The position numbers were made by a program, and so were the translations under genes. A stretch of DNA of 64,000 nt from Syntrophorhabdaceae bacterium (GTDB taxonomy: Bacteria > Desulfobacterota > Syntrophorhabdia > Syntrophorhabdales > Syntrophorhabdaceae): the NCBI GenBank assembly GCA_963666485.2, contig CAXXUO010000002.1:64001-128000 (forward strand). The letters run 5' to 3'. This document shows positions 49,894 to 59,554 of this stretch, piece by piece. Position 1 is the first letter of the stretch, and each line of letters starts with the position of its first letter. The notes beneath the pieces are model-generated. The model worked only from the letters and a program-made list of their open reading frames with translations. It searched no databases and had not been told where the DNA came from.

Positions 49894-52446
49894 ATGTCCG
49901 ATTTTATCGTGAATAATCTTCTGGGCAGATCCTTTCAGCTTATATATACTATTCGGAAACAGGCAGATATGATCGTTCTGATATTCGCTCTGATCTTGAT
50001 TATAGCCTTGCTCGCCGGAATTCTGGTCCGCCGGAGGTCCGCCATGCTTTCTGTCCAAAAAGCCCTGACGGAGCATGCGGTCTTCGAAGAGATTCTCGAG
50101 AAGTTATCCCGGACTTTCGTCAATATTCCCCCGGAAGAGGTGGATGGCGCTATCGACGGAGCGATCCAGATGACATGCGACCGCCTGGGTTTTGATATCG
50201 GCCTCCTGTGGGAATGGACCGGAGACGAACCGGGATTTCTCACGCCAACGCACATTTACCGGCCATTCGGGGGGCCTGATGTACCCCCGGGAATGGATGC
50301 CGATGTTGTCTTTCCCTGGTGCCTGGGTGAAATGAAGGCAGGCAGAACCGTCGCGATATCCGCGGATAGATCGCCTCCCGAAGCATCACGGGACCGGGAG
50401 TCCTGGAAGCATTACGGCATCAAGAGTACACTGGCCATCCCCTTGTCCACGGGGAACAGCCCTTTCGTCGGGGTCCTGAGCTTCAATACGACGCGGGATG
50501 ATCATCCGTGGTCCGCGGACATCATGACGAAGCTTCAGCTTGTGGCAGAAATATTCGCCAACGCCCTTGTCCGAAAGATCTCGAACCAGGCCCTGCGGGA
50601 GAGTGAGGAAAGGCTCAGTGTCGCGTCCGCCGCCGCAGGGGCCGGTTTATGGATCCTGGACTTGAATACCGGGATCTTTTGGGTTACGCCGAAGGTCATT
50701 GATCTGTTCGGTTTTCCCCCGGGCCTTCCGGTCAGCCTCGATAGTTTCCTGTCGACGGTACATCCCGAGGATCGCACGCGTCTATCGGAGGTGGTGCGCA
50801 ATCTGGCCATGTCGAACGAGGATACACAGGTTGAGTACCGCATCGTCCGTCCCGGCGGCGCCTTACGCTGGGTCTCATCCCGGGGGCGCAGGCAGCTTGG
50901 CCCGCACGGTGAAGCCGTTCGATTGATGGGCATATCGCTTGATATTACCGAGCGAAAAGAGACTGAATCGGCTGCAGAAGAGATCCAGTCCACGATCACC
51001 GCGATCATCGAAAGCACGGAAGACCTGATCTGGTCGGTGGATTGCGAACGATTCGGGCTTTTGACCTTCAATACCGCCCTCGCGGAGTATTTCCGCCGGG
51101 GGACCGGTTTGTCCATCGAGCGGGGCATGAACCCCGATGACCTGGTGAGTGGGAGTTTCACGCCGGCGTTTGCCGCGAAATGGCGGTCGTTCTACGAACG
51201 GGCCCTTCGGGACGGGCCCTACAGTGAAGAATACAGGGTAAGCTCCGCCGACAAGACGCTGCTTCTCTCTTTCTCGATCCTCAAGAGAGAGGGAAAAGCG
51301 TTAGGTGTGTCCGTGTTCGGCAGAGATATCACCGAACGAAAGCGGATGGCCGAGAAGATAGCCGCTGCATCGCGGGAATGGCAGGCCACATTCGACTCGA
51401 TCCCCGATCTCGTCATGATCCTTGACCGGGAACACACGGTGCTGCAGGCCAACAAGGCCGTCAGCTCGTTCCTCGGCATTTCGCCCGAGATGATCATCGG
51501 GCAGTATTGCCACGCATTGATGCATGGAAAGGATCATCAGTCCTGCCCTGTCAAAGTGGTAAACGAAACGAAAAAACATGAAGAGAGAATGATCTACGAG
51601 GAGAGATGGAAAAAATGGCTCGATATCTCCGTCGACCCGATTCTCGACCCGACAGGAAATATTGTACGCATCGTCCATACCATCAAGGATGTTACCGAAC
51701 AAAAAAAGATCGAAGCCGAAGCCCTGGATTCACGCAGGGAAATGCTCAGGATGGAAAGGGTCCTCCGCATGGGAGAACTGACGGCATCGCTCGCCCACGA
51801 ACTCAACCAGCCTCTTACGTCTATCCTGAACAATGCCCGGGCGGCTTTGAGATTTATGGATTCAGGCAACCTGGCCGAGGAAGAGCTCAGGGATATTCTG
51901 AACGATATAGCGCACGACGACAAAAGGGCCGGGGAGATCATCAGAAGCATACGTTCCATGGTAAAACACGAGGATACGGAGAGAGTGTCTGTACCGCTCA
52001 ATGATATCCTGCGGCAGGTGATTTCCCTCTATAACAGTGAAGCCATTATCCGGGGCATTACCGTCGAAGCTTTCTTGACGGATGACCTGCCCGACGTGAA
52101 CATCGATGCAGTTCAGATCCAGCAGGTGCTGACCAACCTCCTGATGAATGCCGCCGAATCTATGCTCGATAAGGATGGCGAGAGAAAGATCTCCTTGAGA
52201 ACCGGCCCCGGCGAAGGCAACAGCGTCCGTCTTGCCCTGAGCGATACCGGGCCGGGAATAGAAGAGAAGAACCTCCGCAGGATATTCGAGCCTTTCTTTA
52301 CGACCAAGCGGTCCGGGCTGGGAATGGGCTTATCGCTCAGCCGCTCGATCATCGAGGCGCACGGGGGTCATATGTGGGCCGAAAACAATACGGACCGGGG
52401 GATGACGTTTTATTTCGATCTTCCCTCCCGCGAAGGTGGAGCATGA
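49894..52446 (+). CDS. GAF-PAS histidine kinase, FixL/NodV/TodS-like (start may be 49969)
   Basis: MGELTASLAHELNQPL, NLLMNAAE, DTGPG, EPFFTTK, GLGMGL. Confidence 0.88.
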   Translation: MSDFIVNNLLGRSFQLIYTIRKQADMIVLIFALILIIALLAGILVRRRSAMLSVQKALTEHAVFEEILEKLSRTFVNIPPEEVDGAIDGAIQMTCDRLGFDIGLLWEWTGDEPGFLTPTHIYRPFGGPDVPPGMDADVVFPWCLGEMKAGRTVAISADRSPPEASRDRESWKHYGIKSTLAIPLSTGNSPFVGVLSFNTTRDDHPWSADIMTKLQLVAEIFANALVRKISNQALRESEERLSVASAAAGAGLWILDLNTGIFWVTPKVIDLFGFPPGLPVSLDSFLSTVHPEDRTRLSEVVRNLAMSNEDTQVEYRIVRPGGALRWVSSRGRRQLGPHGEAVRLMGISLDITERKETESAAEEIQSTITAIIESTEDLIWSVDCERFGLLTFNTALAEYFRRGTGLSIERGMNPDDLVSGSFTPAFAAKWRSFYERALRDGPYSEEYRVSSADKTLLLSFSILKREGKALGVSVFGRDITERKRMAEKIAAASREWQATFDSIPDLVMILDREHTVLQANKAVSSFLGISPEMIIGQYCHALMHGKDHQSCPVKVVNETKKHEERMIYEERWKKWLDISVDPILDPTGNIVRIVHTIKDVTEQKKIEAEALDSRREMLRMERVLRMGELTASLAHELNQPLTSILNNARAALRFMDSGNLAEEELRDILNDIAHDDKRAGEIIRSIRSMVKHEDTERVSVPLNDILRQVISLYNSEAIIRGITVEAFLTDDLPDVNIDAVQIQQVLTNLLMNAAESMLDKDGERKISLRTGPGEGNSVRLALSDTGPGIEEKNLRRIFEPFFTTKRSGLGMGLSLSRSIIEAHGGHMWAENNTDRGMTFYFDLPSREGGA

Positions 52447-53066
52447 ACGAAGAAGGACCGACCATTTTCATTATTGATGACGACGCTTCGGTACGTAAAA
52501 GCCTCTCAAGGCTCCTCAAGTCACACAGGCTGGCGGTAGAGACCTTCGCTTCGGCGGAACAGTTTCTCGGGCGCGAGGTGTACGGCGGGAACGGCTGCAT
52601 CATTCTCGACGTCAGAATGCCGGGATTGAGCGGCATTGCCCTCAGGGACGAATTGACGAGAACCGGCTGCCGGATGCCCATCATCTTCATAACCGGCCAC
52701 GGCGATATCCCCATGGGTGTGGATGCAATGAAAAAAGGGGCGTACGATTTCCTTGCGAAGCCTTTCGAAGAGGAGCAGCTCGTGGACGCCGTGCGTGGCG
52801 CCCTCGAAAAAAATGCGCAGGACATGGCCAGCCGTATTGAATCGGAAACCGTGAAAAGCCTCACCGACCGGCTGACCCCGAGGGAAAAAGAGGTTCTCCC
52901 CTATATTATCGCCGGTTTTCTGAACAAGCAGATCGCCTTCAAGCTCAACATCGCCGAAAAGACCGTCAAGGTCCATCGGGGCCATATCATGGAAAAGCTT
53001 GGCGCGGGCTCTGTTGCGGAACTCGTTCGTCTTACCGACAAGGCAAATATCAAGCCAATTGAATAG
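52443..53066 (+). CDS. FixJ/NodW-type REC-LuxR response regulator
   Basis: IIDDD, LDVRMPG, ITGHGD, LTPREKEV, NKQIA, TVKVHR. Confidence 0.92.
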   Translation: MNEEGPTIFIIDDDASVRKSLSRLLKSHRLAVETFASAEQFLGREVYGGNGCIILDVRMPGLSGIALRDELTRTGCRMPIIFITGHGDIPMGVDAMKKGAYDFLAKPFEEEQLVDAVRGALEKNAQDMASRIESETVKSLTDRLTPREKEVLPYIIAGFLNKQIAFKLNIAEKTVKVHRGHIMEKLGAGSVAELVRLTDKANIKPIE

Positions 53067-53081
53067 ATGGCCGTAAAGGGC

Positions 53082-53160
53082 CGTAAGGCGTAAGGCGTGA
53101 GCGCGTAAGGCGTAAGGCGTGAGCGCGTAAGGCGTAAGGCGTGAGCGCGTAAGGCGTAAA
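53082..53160. repeat. Heptamer-derived 22-bp tandem repeat (CGTAAGG CGTAAGG CGTGAGCG) x3.6
   Basis: Read directly; same unit family as 7532-7689. Confidence 0.9.
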
Positions 53161-53183
53161 GGCGCCCAGCCCCTCGCTCATCG

Positions 53184-53215
53184 CCGTCATCCCGGGCTTG
53201 ACCCGGGACCCAAGG
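53184..53215. repeat. CGTC-type REP-like palindrome
   Basis: CCGTCATCCCGGG-CTTGA-CCCGGGACCCAAGG; related to 11376-11409. Confidence 0.7.
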
Positions 53216-53281
53216 TTCTGCCCTTTTGTAACATCGGTATCAACCTCTAACCCTTCAGGATTCTGCGTCTTTCCCCACGTG

Positions 53282-53304
53282 TACGACCAAGGTCCAATAG
53301 ACGA
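53282..53304. promoter_or_regulatory. Putative response-regulator box, copy 1
   Basis: TACGACCAAGGTCCAATAGACGA; 22/23 identical to 56529-56551. Confidence 0.55.
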
Positions 53305-53367
53305 CTGCGTTCCCGTTATTTATCATACATATACAAATGAGAAGCCTCTCCCTAAATAAGGACAGGA

Positions 53368-53757
53368 ATGGATAGAAGAATAAAAAGCATGGTCTATGTT
53401 ATCGACGACGATGCGTCGGTCAGGAAGGCTTTCGGCAGGCTTATGCGGTCGGCAAATATCCGGGCCGAGATATTTTCATCCCCTGATGAATTTTTCCGCA
53501 CGGACAGGAAAGAGGGCACTGCCTGCATTCTCCTGGATATCAGTATGCCCGGGATAACAGGCTTCGAATTTATGCAGGTCATGGCGGCGGAAAAGATAGA
53601 TATGCCCGTCATCGTTGTCTCCGCAAGCGACGACGTGCGCATCAGGGAACGCGCAAAAGAGTTGGGGGCCGTGGCCTTTTTTCGAAAACCCGTCGATGAT
53701 CAGGCCCTTCTGGATGCTATCTGGTGGGCCGTTTCAGGAGCGAAGGAAAGGGCATGA
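53368..53757 (+). CDS. Single-domain response regulator
   Basis: VIDDD, LDISMPG, RKP. Confidence 0.9.
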   Translation: MDRRIKSMVYVIDDDASVRKAFGRLMRSANIRAEIFSSPDEFFRTDRKEGTACILLDISMPGITGFEFMQVMAAEKIDMPVIVVSASDDVRIRERAKELGAVAFFRKPVDDQALLDAIWWAVSGAKERA

Positions 53758-53784
53758 CCTTCCGGTTTTCATAGGAACGAAACA

Positions 53785-54297
53785 ATGAGTATGATGCAAA
53801 AACTGAAAAACGAGATCAAAGAGGTCGGATTGGCGGCCGTCTACTTTTTGACCTGGATCGGTTCCCTCGTTCTGATCAAGACCCTTATCCTGGACGAATA
53901 CAGGATAGAGTTCCACGGGCTTTCCCTTGCCATTCTCGGCGCACTTATCCTGGCGAAAGTTGTCATCGTGCTGGAATATGTTCCCGTGGGCAACTGGACC
54001 CGGGATAAAGCCGTGATCTGGGACGTCCTTCTCCGTACGCTCCTCTACAGCGCGGGCGTGTTCCTCGTTATCGTCCTGGAAAAATCGTTTGAAGGCCGCC
54101 GTCTCCATGGCGGTTTCATTCCCTCTCTTATCTTCGTGTTCCGATCCGCCAATATGCCCCATGTTTGGGCGAACGTGGTCTGTCTCTCGGGGGCTCTCCT
54201 CGGGTACAACATACTGTCTGTACTGCGCAACCATCTTGGAAGGGCCGGACTTATCAAGATCTTTACAAGCCCGGCACAATGGAATGAATACAAATGA
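53785..54297 (+). CDS. Hypothetical membrane protein
   Basis: Four TM segments; GALILAKVV. Confidence 0.7.
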   Translation: MSMMQKLKNEIKEVGLAAVYFLTWIGSLVLIKTLILDEYRIEFHGLSLAILGALILAKVVIVLEYVPVGNWTRDKAVIWDVLLRTLLYSAGVFLVIVLEKSFEGRRLHGGFIPSLIFVFRSANMPHVWANVVCLSGALLGYNILSVLRNHLGRAGLIKIFTSPAQWNEYK

Positions 54298-54365
54298 GGT
54301 TGAGGCTCAAACTTCAGCATGAAAGAAGAAAACCCCATAATTTTATTTAATACAGGAGGCATGCC

Positions 54366-55181
54366 ATGAAAATGAGAAAGGCGCTATGTATGATGTTCTT
54401 CCTGCTGTTTATGCTTTCTGCGGGATGGGTGCACGGGCAGACAACCGCCGCACCGGTTCAAAAAACGCCGGGGGACCAATGGAAATTCACCATAGCGCCC
54501 TTTCTGTGGGCGAGCTCGATCAACAGCACGGTCACGGTGGGCGGGTATGATGTCGACACGAGGACGTCTTTTTCCGATATCTGGCGCGACCTGAACGGGG
54601 CCTTCATGATCCACATGGAGGCGCAGAAGGAGAACTTCGGGCTCTTTCTCGAGCCCATGTATTCGAGGATACGGGCCGATTCCACCTTCAACCGCCAGCG
54701 CGATCCGAACCTCCCGGCCATCCCGCGAGACCTTACCCTGACGTATACTCAGTGGATCGTGGAAGGCGGCGGGTTCTACCAGGCAGGCAAATGGCGAACC
54801 GGGGAAAACAACGATGAATGGACGACGCTTGACATTCTCGCCGGTGCCCGCTACTGGTCGGTCAAGACAGACCTTGATACAAGCACGGTGATAAACCCCG
54901 GCAGGTCGAGTTCGTGGGTAGACCCCATTGTCGGTGTCCGTTTTACCGCCGACCTGTCGAAAAAGGTCCTCGTGAATCTGAGAGGCGATATTGGCGGATT
55001 TGGAGTGGGATCTGATTTTACCTGGAATGCACTGGCCCTTTTTGGCTATCGATTTAACGAGCATATCACGGGGCTCATCGGTTATCGGGCCCTTTACGTC
55101 AATTATAAGGCCGGGACAAGCCGGGAAAGGTTCGAAGAAACATTTTATGGACCTGTCCTGGGACTGGCGTTCAGTTTCTGA
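54366..55181 (+). CDS. Outer-membrane beta-barrel protein
   Basis: Signal peptide; APFLW, GARYW, WVDPIVG, GDIGGFG; C-terminal Phe. Confidence 0.8.
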   Translation: MKMRKALCMMFFLLFMLSAGWVHGQTTAAPVQKTPGDQWKFTIAPFLWASSINSTVTVGGYDVDTRTSFSDIWRDLNGAFMIHMEAQKENFGLFLEPMYSRIRADSTFNRQRDPNLPAIPRDLTLTYTQWIVEGGGFYQAGKWRTGENNDEWTTLDILAGARYWSVKTDLDTSTVINPGRSSSWVDPIVGVRFTADLSKKVLVNLRGDIGGFGVGSDFTWNALALFGYRFNEHITGLIGYRALYVNYKAGTSRERFEETFYGPVLGLAFSF

Positions 55182-55220
55182 TGATCCGGCCGGTCGTGAG
55201 AATATTCAAGGAGGAATAAC

Positions 55221-56489
55221 ATGTTCTGCAGGAAAATGATCGCTTTCGCCGGTATCACAGTGCTCCTCGTTCTCTGCTCCGTCTTCTTCAATGCCGAGGT
55301 CTCCTCGCAGGAACTGCGTACTCCGCCCTTTACATTGAAGGCATCGGAAATCCTTCCACAAGGACTCATCCGGGGCGAAAATTATACCGTTAAAGAAACA
55401 GTCAGCAATGACGGGCTGATCAATACATACGAACTCGAGACGAAATACGGCCCGACCACCGTGGAAAGTACGGTGTCCCTCCTCAAAAGGATCAACGAAC
55501 TGAAAGCGCTTGACGCCATGGAAAAAATGCAGGGGACCGACACCTTTGTAAAAGCGGCCCAGGATGCTGCCACCGGACCATTGGCGACGGCACGGGACCT
55601 GGTCGTGAACCCTGTCGGCACTGTCAAGAATATCGGCAGCGGCATCAGCCGTTTTTTCAGCAACGTCGGGCAGGCGATATCCAGCAATAGCCCGGACCAG
55701 CCCAACATAGCCAAGGCGGCCCTTGGCCAGGCGGTGAACAAGAGGGGCTTTGCCTATGAATTCAAGGTCGACCCCTATTCAAGTTATAAACCGCTCCAGG
55801 ACACGCTTGACAAGATAGCCTGGACAGCGACCGCCGGCAGCCTCACCGTCAAGGCGGCCTTCTCGGCCATACCCGGGGGCGCCGGTACAGTCGTGTCGCT
55901 CACCAGTACGTCCGACAGCCTCCGTTCCCTGGTCCGCGACAATACCCCGGCCGCCCTTGAACAGATCAACAGGGACAAGCTTTCCGGAATGGGCATCCCG
56001 GACCGGGTGATCAACGCCTACATGAATAACAGGCATTACAACGCGTTCGAGCAGACGATCCTTGTGGGTGAACTGGACGACATGCGGGGCATAAAGGGCC
56101 GTGATGCCTTTATCTATGTCGCATCCATGGCAAACGAGGAAACGGTTGCCATTTATATGCGCGGCACTGCACAGCTCATGGCGCTATTCAATAAGCGTGT
56201 AGCACCCGTCGACCACATGGTCGAGATCAGCCGGCTCGTGTTCCTCAAAACAAAAAATGGCCGGATGGTCGGGATATTCCCCGTCGATAATGTTTCATGG
56301 ACCGCAAATCTTCTTCAGCGCGAAAGAGACATCTCGCAGGCGATGCGCAAGATGAGGGGTGTCCGCGGCAAAGAACTGTGGTTTGGGGGTCCCGTGGACC
56401 GTGCCGCCCGGGAGGCCCTTGAAGCAAGGGGATGGAAGGTCGTCGACCGCTTCCTGGAACGGGCTTTCAAAGAACTGGTAAAACAATAA
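55221..56489 (+). CDS. Hypothetical secreted protein
   Basis: AGGAGG RBS; signal peptide; 422-aa ORF. Confidence 0.75.
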   Translation: MFCRKMIAFAGITVLLVLCSVFFNAEVSSQELRTPPFTLKASEILPQGLIRGENYTVKETVSNDGLINTYELETKYGPTTVESTVSLLKRINELKALDAMEKMQGTDTFVKAAQDAATGPLATARDLVVNPVGTVKNIGSGISRFFSNVGQAISSNSPDQPNIAKAALGQAVNKRGFAYEFKVDPYSSYKPLQDTLDKIAWTATAGSLTVKAAFSAIPGGAGTVVSLTSTSDSLRSLVRDNTPAALEQINRDKLSGMGIPDRVINAYMNNRHYNAFEQTILVGELDDMRGIKGRDAFIYVASMANEETVAIYMRGTAQLMALFNKRVAPVDHMVEISRLVFLKTKNGRMVGIFPVDNVSWTANLLQRERDISQAMRKMRGVRGKELWFGGPVDRAAREALEARGWKVVDRFLERAFKELVKQ

Positions 56490-56528
56490 CCAGGCTGCTG
56501 ATCCAGGGAAATATGGATAGGACGTATC

Positions 56529-56551
56529 TACGACCAAGGTCCCATAGACGA
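56529..56551. promoter_or_regulatory. Putative response-regulator box, copy 2
   Basis: TACGACCAAGGTCCCATAGACGA. Confidence 0.55.
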
Positions 56552-56671
56552 GATTTTTTCGTTCACCTAGACTTCTACGGAACATCGGCCGGTGCGGGTC
56601 GATCGATGAGTTAAGGATAGAGGCCCAAGGACAACTCCGATACGGGTCCTTAAACCAGGGAGGGAGAGCTC

Positions 56672-56974
56672 ATGATGAAACATGTGTGCATGAACGTGGT
56701 AGCTGTGATCGTATTTACCTTTGTCTTCACGGCAATTGCCGGGGCCCAGCAGTTTCCCCTGCTGGATGACGTGGCGAATAAGGTTGTCCAGAAATACCAG
56801 CAGTCCACCTGCCAGCAGTTGTGGCAGGAGAAGGCCTCGCAAAAAGCGAAATCCGAAAGGGAAGAAAGGCTCGTACAGCTGCTGCGGGACGACCCGGCGA
56901 TGCGCGCCGAATTCTTCAACAGGGTGTCCGTGCCCATCGCCACGAAAATGTTTGAATGCGGAATGATCCCATGA
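56672..56974 (+). CDS. Small secreted protein with two Cys
   Basis: Signal peptide; KYQQSTCQQLW...KMFECGMIP. Confidence 0.75.
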   Translation: MMKHVCMNVVAVIVFTFVFTAIAGAQQFPLLDDVANKVVQKYQQSTCQQLWQEKASQKAKSEREERLVQLLRDDPAMRAEFFNRVSVPIATKMFECGMIP

Positions 56975-57903
56975 TGCGGCTCCGCGGACCTCAAAAACAA
57001 CCTCATTATATCTCAGGTGTAGCATGGCGGCGGGGTTTGCTTTTCCTGCTGGTGCTGATTGTGCTTACCTTTGCATGCGCGGCACATGTTCATGCCGGGC
57101 AGCCGGGCAAATCAACTCAGGGTAAGAAAGCTGCAAAAAATCAGGTCGATGCGCCATCATCGCCGGCGAGGCTGGAGATAGAGCCGAAGGCGGTCGAAAT
57201 CGTCAAAGCAGCGTGCGAACGGCTGGCTACCGCCAAAACGGTGCGCTTTACGGCAATCGTCGAGTACGAGTACCCGAGCCTTCTCGGCCCCGCATTGGTC
57301 TACACGACGAGATCCGAGGTGGCCATGCAGCGGCCTGACAAGCTGCGGATAATCACGCCGGGGGACGGTCCTGCCACCGAATTCTACTATGACGGCAAGG
57401 CAATTTCCGCCCTGTCACCCGCGGAAAAGATGATCGCCGTGGCCGAGGCCCCTCCCACAATAGACGCCGCGCTGCAGGCCGCTTACGACCTGGCTTCGAT
57501 CTACTTTCCTTTCACCGACATCCTTGTTGCCGACCCGTACAAGGACCTTTCGGAAGGCCTGAGGATCGCGTTTTATATCGGGCAGTCCCGTGTGGTTGGC
57601 GGCGTGACGACCGATATGGTGGCCCTGGCGAACGATGCCGTCTTCCTTCAAATCTGGATAGGAGCGGAAGACAGGCTGCCGCGCATGGTCCGCGCGGTCT
57701 ACCGTGATGATCCGTCCCGGCTGCGGCACGGGCTCACGTTGTCAAACTGGAAACTCGATGACACCCTTCCGGCAGACACATTCACCCCGTCTGTGCCGGC
57801 GGATGCCATTTCCGTGTCTTTTGCCCGGCCTGATCCTCAACTCCCTCCCGCTCCTACCCCTGCCAGATTCAAGGAAAAGCCCAAAGCCACACCGGGAAAG
57901 TAA
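56971..57903 (+). CDS. DUF2092-like (LolA-fold) periplasmic protein
   Basis: QRPDKLR, YYDGK, APPTID, QIWIG...LP. Confidence 0.75.
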   Translation: MMRLRGPQKQPHYISGVAWRRGLLFLLVLIVLTFACAAHVHAGQPGKSTQGKKAAKNQVDAPSSPARLEIEPKAVEIVKAACERLATAKTVRFTAIVEYEYPSLLGPALVYTTRSEVAMQRPDKLRIITPGDGPATEFYYDGKAISALSPAEKMIAVAEAPPTIDAALQAAYDLASIYFPFTDILVADPYKDLSEGLRIAFYIGQSRVVGGVTTDMVALANDAVFLQIWIGAEDRLPRMVRAVYRDDPSRLRHGLTLSNWKLDDTLPADTFTPSVPADAISVSFARPDPQLPPAPTPARFKEKPKATPGK

Positions 57904-58195
57904 GGAGATACCAGATGAATATCAAAAAAGCGGTCAACCAATGTATCCCGGTTATCGCCATTTTTTTGGTACCGCTCTTCGCGTGCGGGCAGGCGTTTGC
58001 CTTCGCACATGCTAACATCTATGGCGGCCGGACGGCCGGAACAAGCAGTTCATGGAGTCATACCGGGCGTTACGGCGGTACAGCATCGGGCGGCGGGGGT
58101 TCATGGAGCGGTACCGGGGCGCGCGGCGGTACGGCCTCGGGCGGAGGCGGCTCGTGGAGTGCAAAGGGTGAGTACGGGGGGCACGCATCCGGCAG

Positions 58196-59554
58196 GATAG
58201 TGTCAAGAATCTTTCGCACTTTCCATAGCAACCCCACTAATCCGGTTATGCCTTAATGCTCTCGATGATCTCCTGCTCAAGCCGGTCCATTTTCAGGTAC
58301 TGGCTCATTCCCCATTTGGTTCCCGCTATGTGCCTTAGCCGGGCAGCCACGAGCATGAGTGCCGACCTGCCGTCAGGGAACGACCCGACGACCCGTGTGC
58401 GCCGTCTGATCTCCTTCATGATCCGCTCCAGGGGGTTGTTGGTCCTGATCCTCCTCCAGTGCTCGCGGGGGAACCCGTAATAGCCGAGCGTCTCGTGGAT
58501 CCCCTCGTTCAGCATGTCCGCGGCCCTGCCGAGTTTCATCTCCTTGAGCTTCTTCACCACCGCCTCCGCTTTCTTCTGCGCTTCTTTCCTGTCCTCCTGG
58601 GCATGGATCGCCGTGAGCATGGCGACGACCTCCTTGATCTTCCCCCTGGGCACGACGGTGAACACGTTCCGGTAGAAGTGGACAACGCACCTCTGCCATG
58701 AGGCGTCGGGGTAGAACAGGGCGAGACTCTCGACGAGGCCCAGGCACTTGTCGGATATGAAGAGCTCCACACCCTTGAGCCCGCGCTCTTTGAGGTAGCG
58801 CAGGAAGGATGTCCAGCTGTCCTTGTCCTCCCGCGCACCCTCGGCCACACCCAGGATCTCCCGGTAGCCTTCGCGGTTCACCCCTATCGCTACAAGGACC
58901 GATACGCTCCTGACCTCCCCGCCCCAGGTCCTCTTGAGCGCTATCCCGTCGAGGTAGACGTAGGGATGCTCACCTTCGATGGGGCTTAATCTCCACTGCT
59001 CGATCGTGGTGTATATCTTTGCGTTGAGGTTCGAGACGGTGCCGGGGCTCACCTTCGTGCCCCAGAGGGCCTCCGTGATGTCCTCGACCCTCCTTACCGA
59101 CACCCCGGCCAGGTACATCTCGACGAGGGCCTCTTCCACGGATGATTCCCTTCTTTTGTACCGTTCGATGATCGCGGTCTCGAAGGGAAGCGACCTCAGC
59201 TTGGGCATCTTGATGTCCACCTCCCCCGCCTTCGTCTGGAGGGTTCGGGTATAATGGCCCGCCCGTGTGTCCCTGCGTTCCTCCGTGCGCTCGTACCTCT
59301 GTGCGTTGCACAGGCGGGACGCCTCTTCATCGAGAAGTGCATTGAGCGTCTCCTGCACCGTTCCCCTTACGATCTCTCCCAGGTGGTCCTTTATCTGCGC
59401 CTCATTAATCTGGATTATCGTGCCGCCTTCTGTGGTAGACTCTTTCTGGGCCATGGTTCTTCCTCCCTCTGGTTTTTGTTTTGTGTGGTGCTTAACACTA
59501 CCAGATTCGAGGTTGCCATGGCTCTTAAATGTGCGAAAAATATTTTACGTTATC
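58196..59554 (-). mobile_element. IS256-family insertion sequence, 1359 bp
   Basis: Imperfect ~27-bp TIRs (GATAGTGTCAAGAATCTTTCGCAC / reverse complement GATAACGTAAAATATTTTTCGCAC); 8-bp TSD TCCGGCAG at 58188-58195 and 59555-59562. Confidence 0.95.
58246..59454 (-). CDS. IS256-family transposase
   Basis: MYLAGVSVR, YVYLDG, ISD, WQRCVVHFYRN, RTNNPLER. Confidence 0.95.
   Translation of the reverse strand: MAQKESTTEGGTIIQINEAQIKDHLGEIVRGTVQETLNALLDEEASRLCNAQRYERTEERRDTRAGHYTRTLQTKAGEVDIKMPKLRSLPFETAIIERYKRRESSVEEALVEMYLAGVSVRRVEDITEALWGTKVSPGTVSNLNAKIYTTIEQWRLSPIEGEHPYVYLDGIALKRTWGGEVRSVSVLVAIGVNREGYREILGVAEGAREDKDSWTSFLRYLKERGLKGVELFISDKCLGLVESLALFYPDASWQRCVVHFYRNVFTVVPRGKIKEVVAMLTAIHAQEDRKEAQKKAEAVVKKLKEMKLGRAADMLNEGIHETLGYYGFPREHWRRIRTNNPLERIMKEIRRRTRVVGSFPDGRSALMLVAARLRHIAGTKWGMSQYLKMDRLEQEIIESIKA

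Noticed and set aside
5932..53160. Short repeat arrays as a possible CRISPR
   Set aside because: Units are 7 bp and contiguous with no unique spacers, and no cas genes are visible
58246..59454. IS256 transposase as the mobiliser of the tRNA array
   Set aside because: It is a DDE enzyme with its own TIRs and TSD inside a cargo gene; the array junctions show tRNA-core and arm features instead
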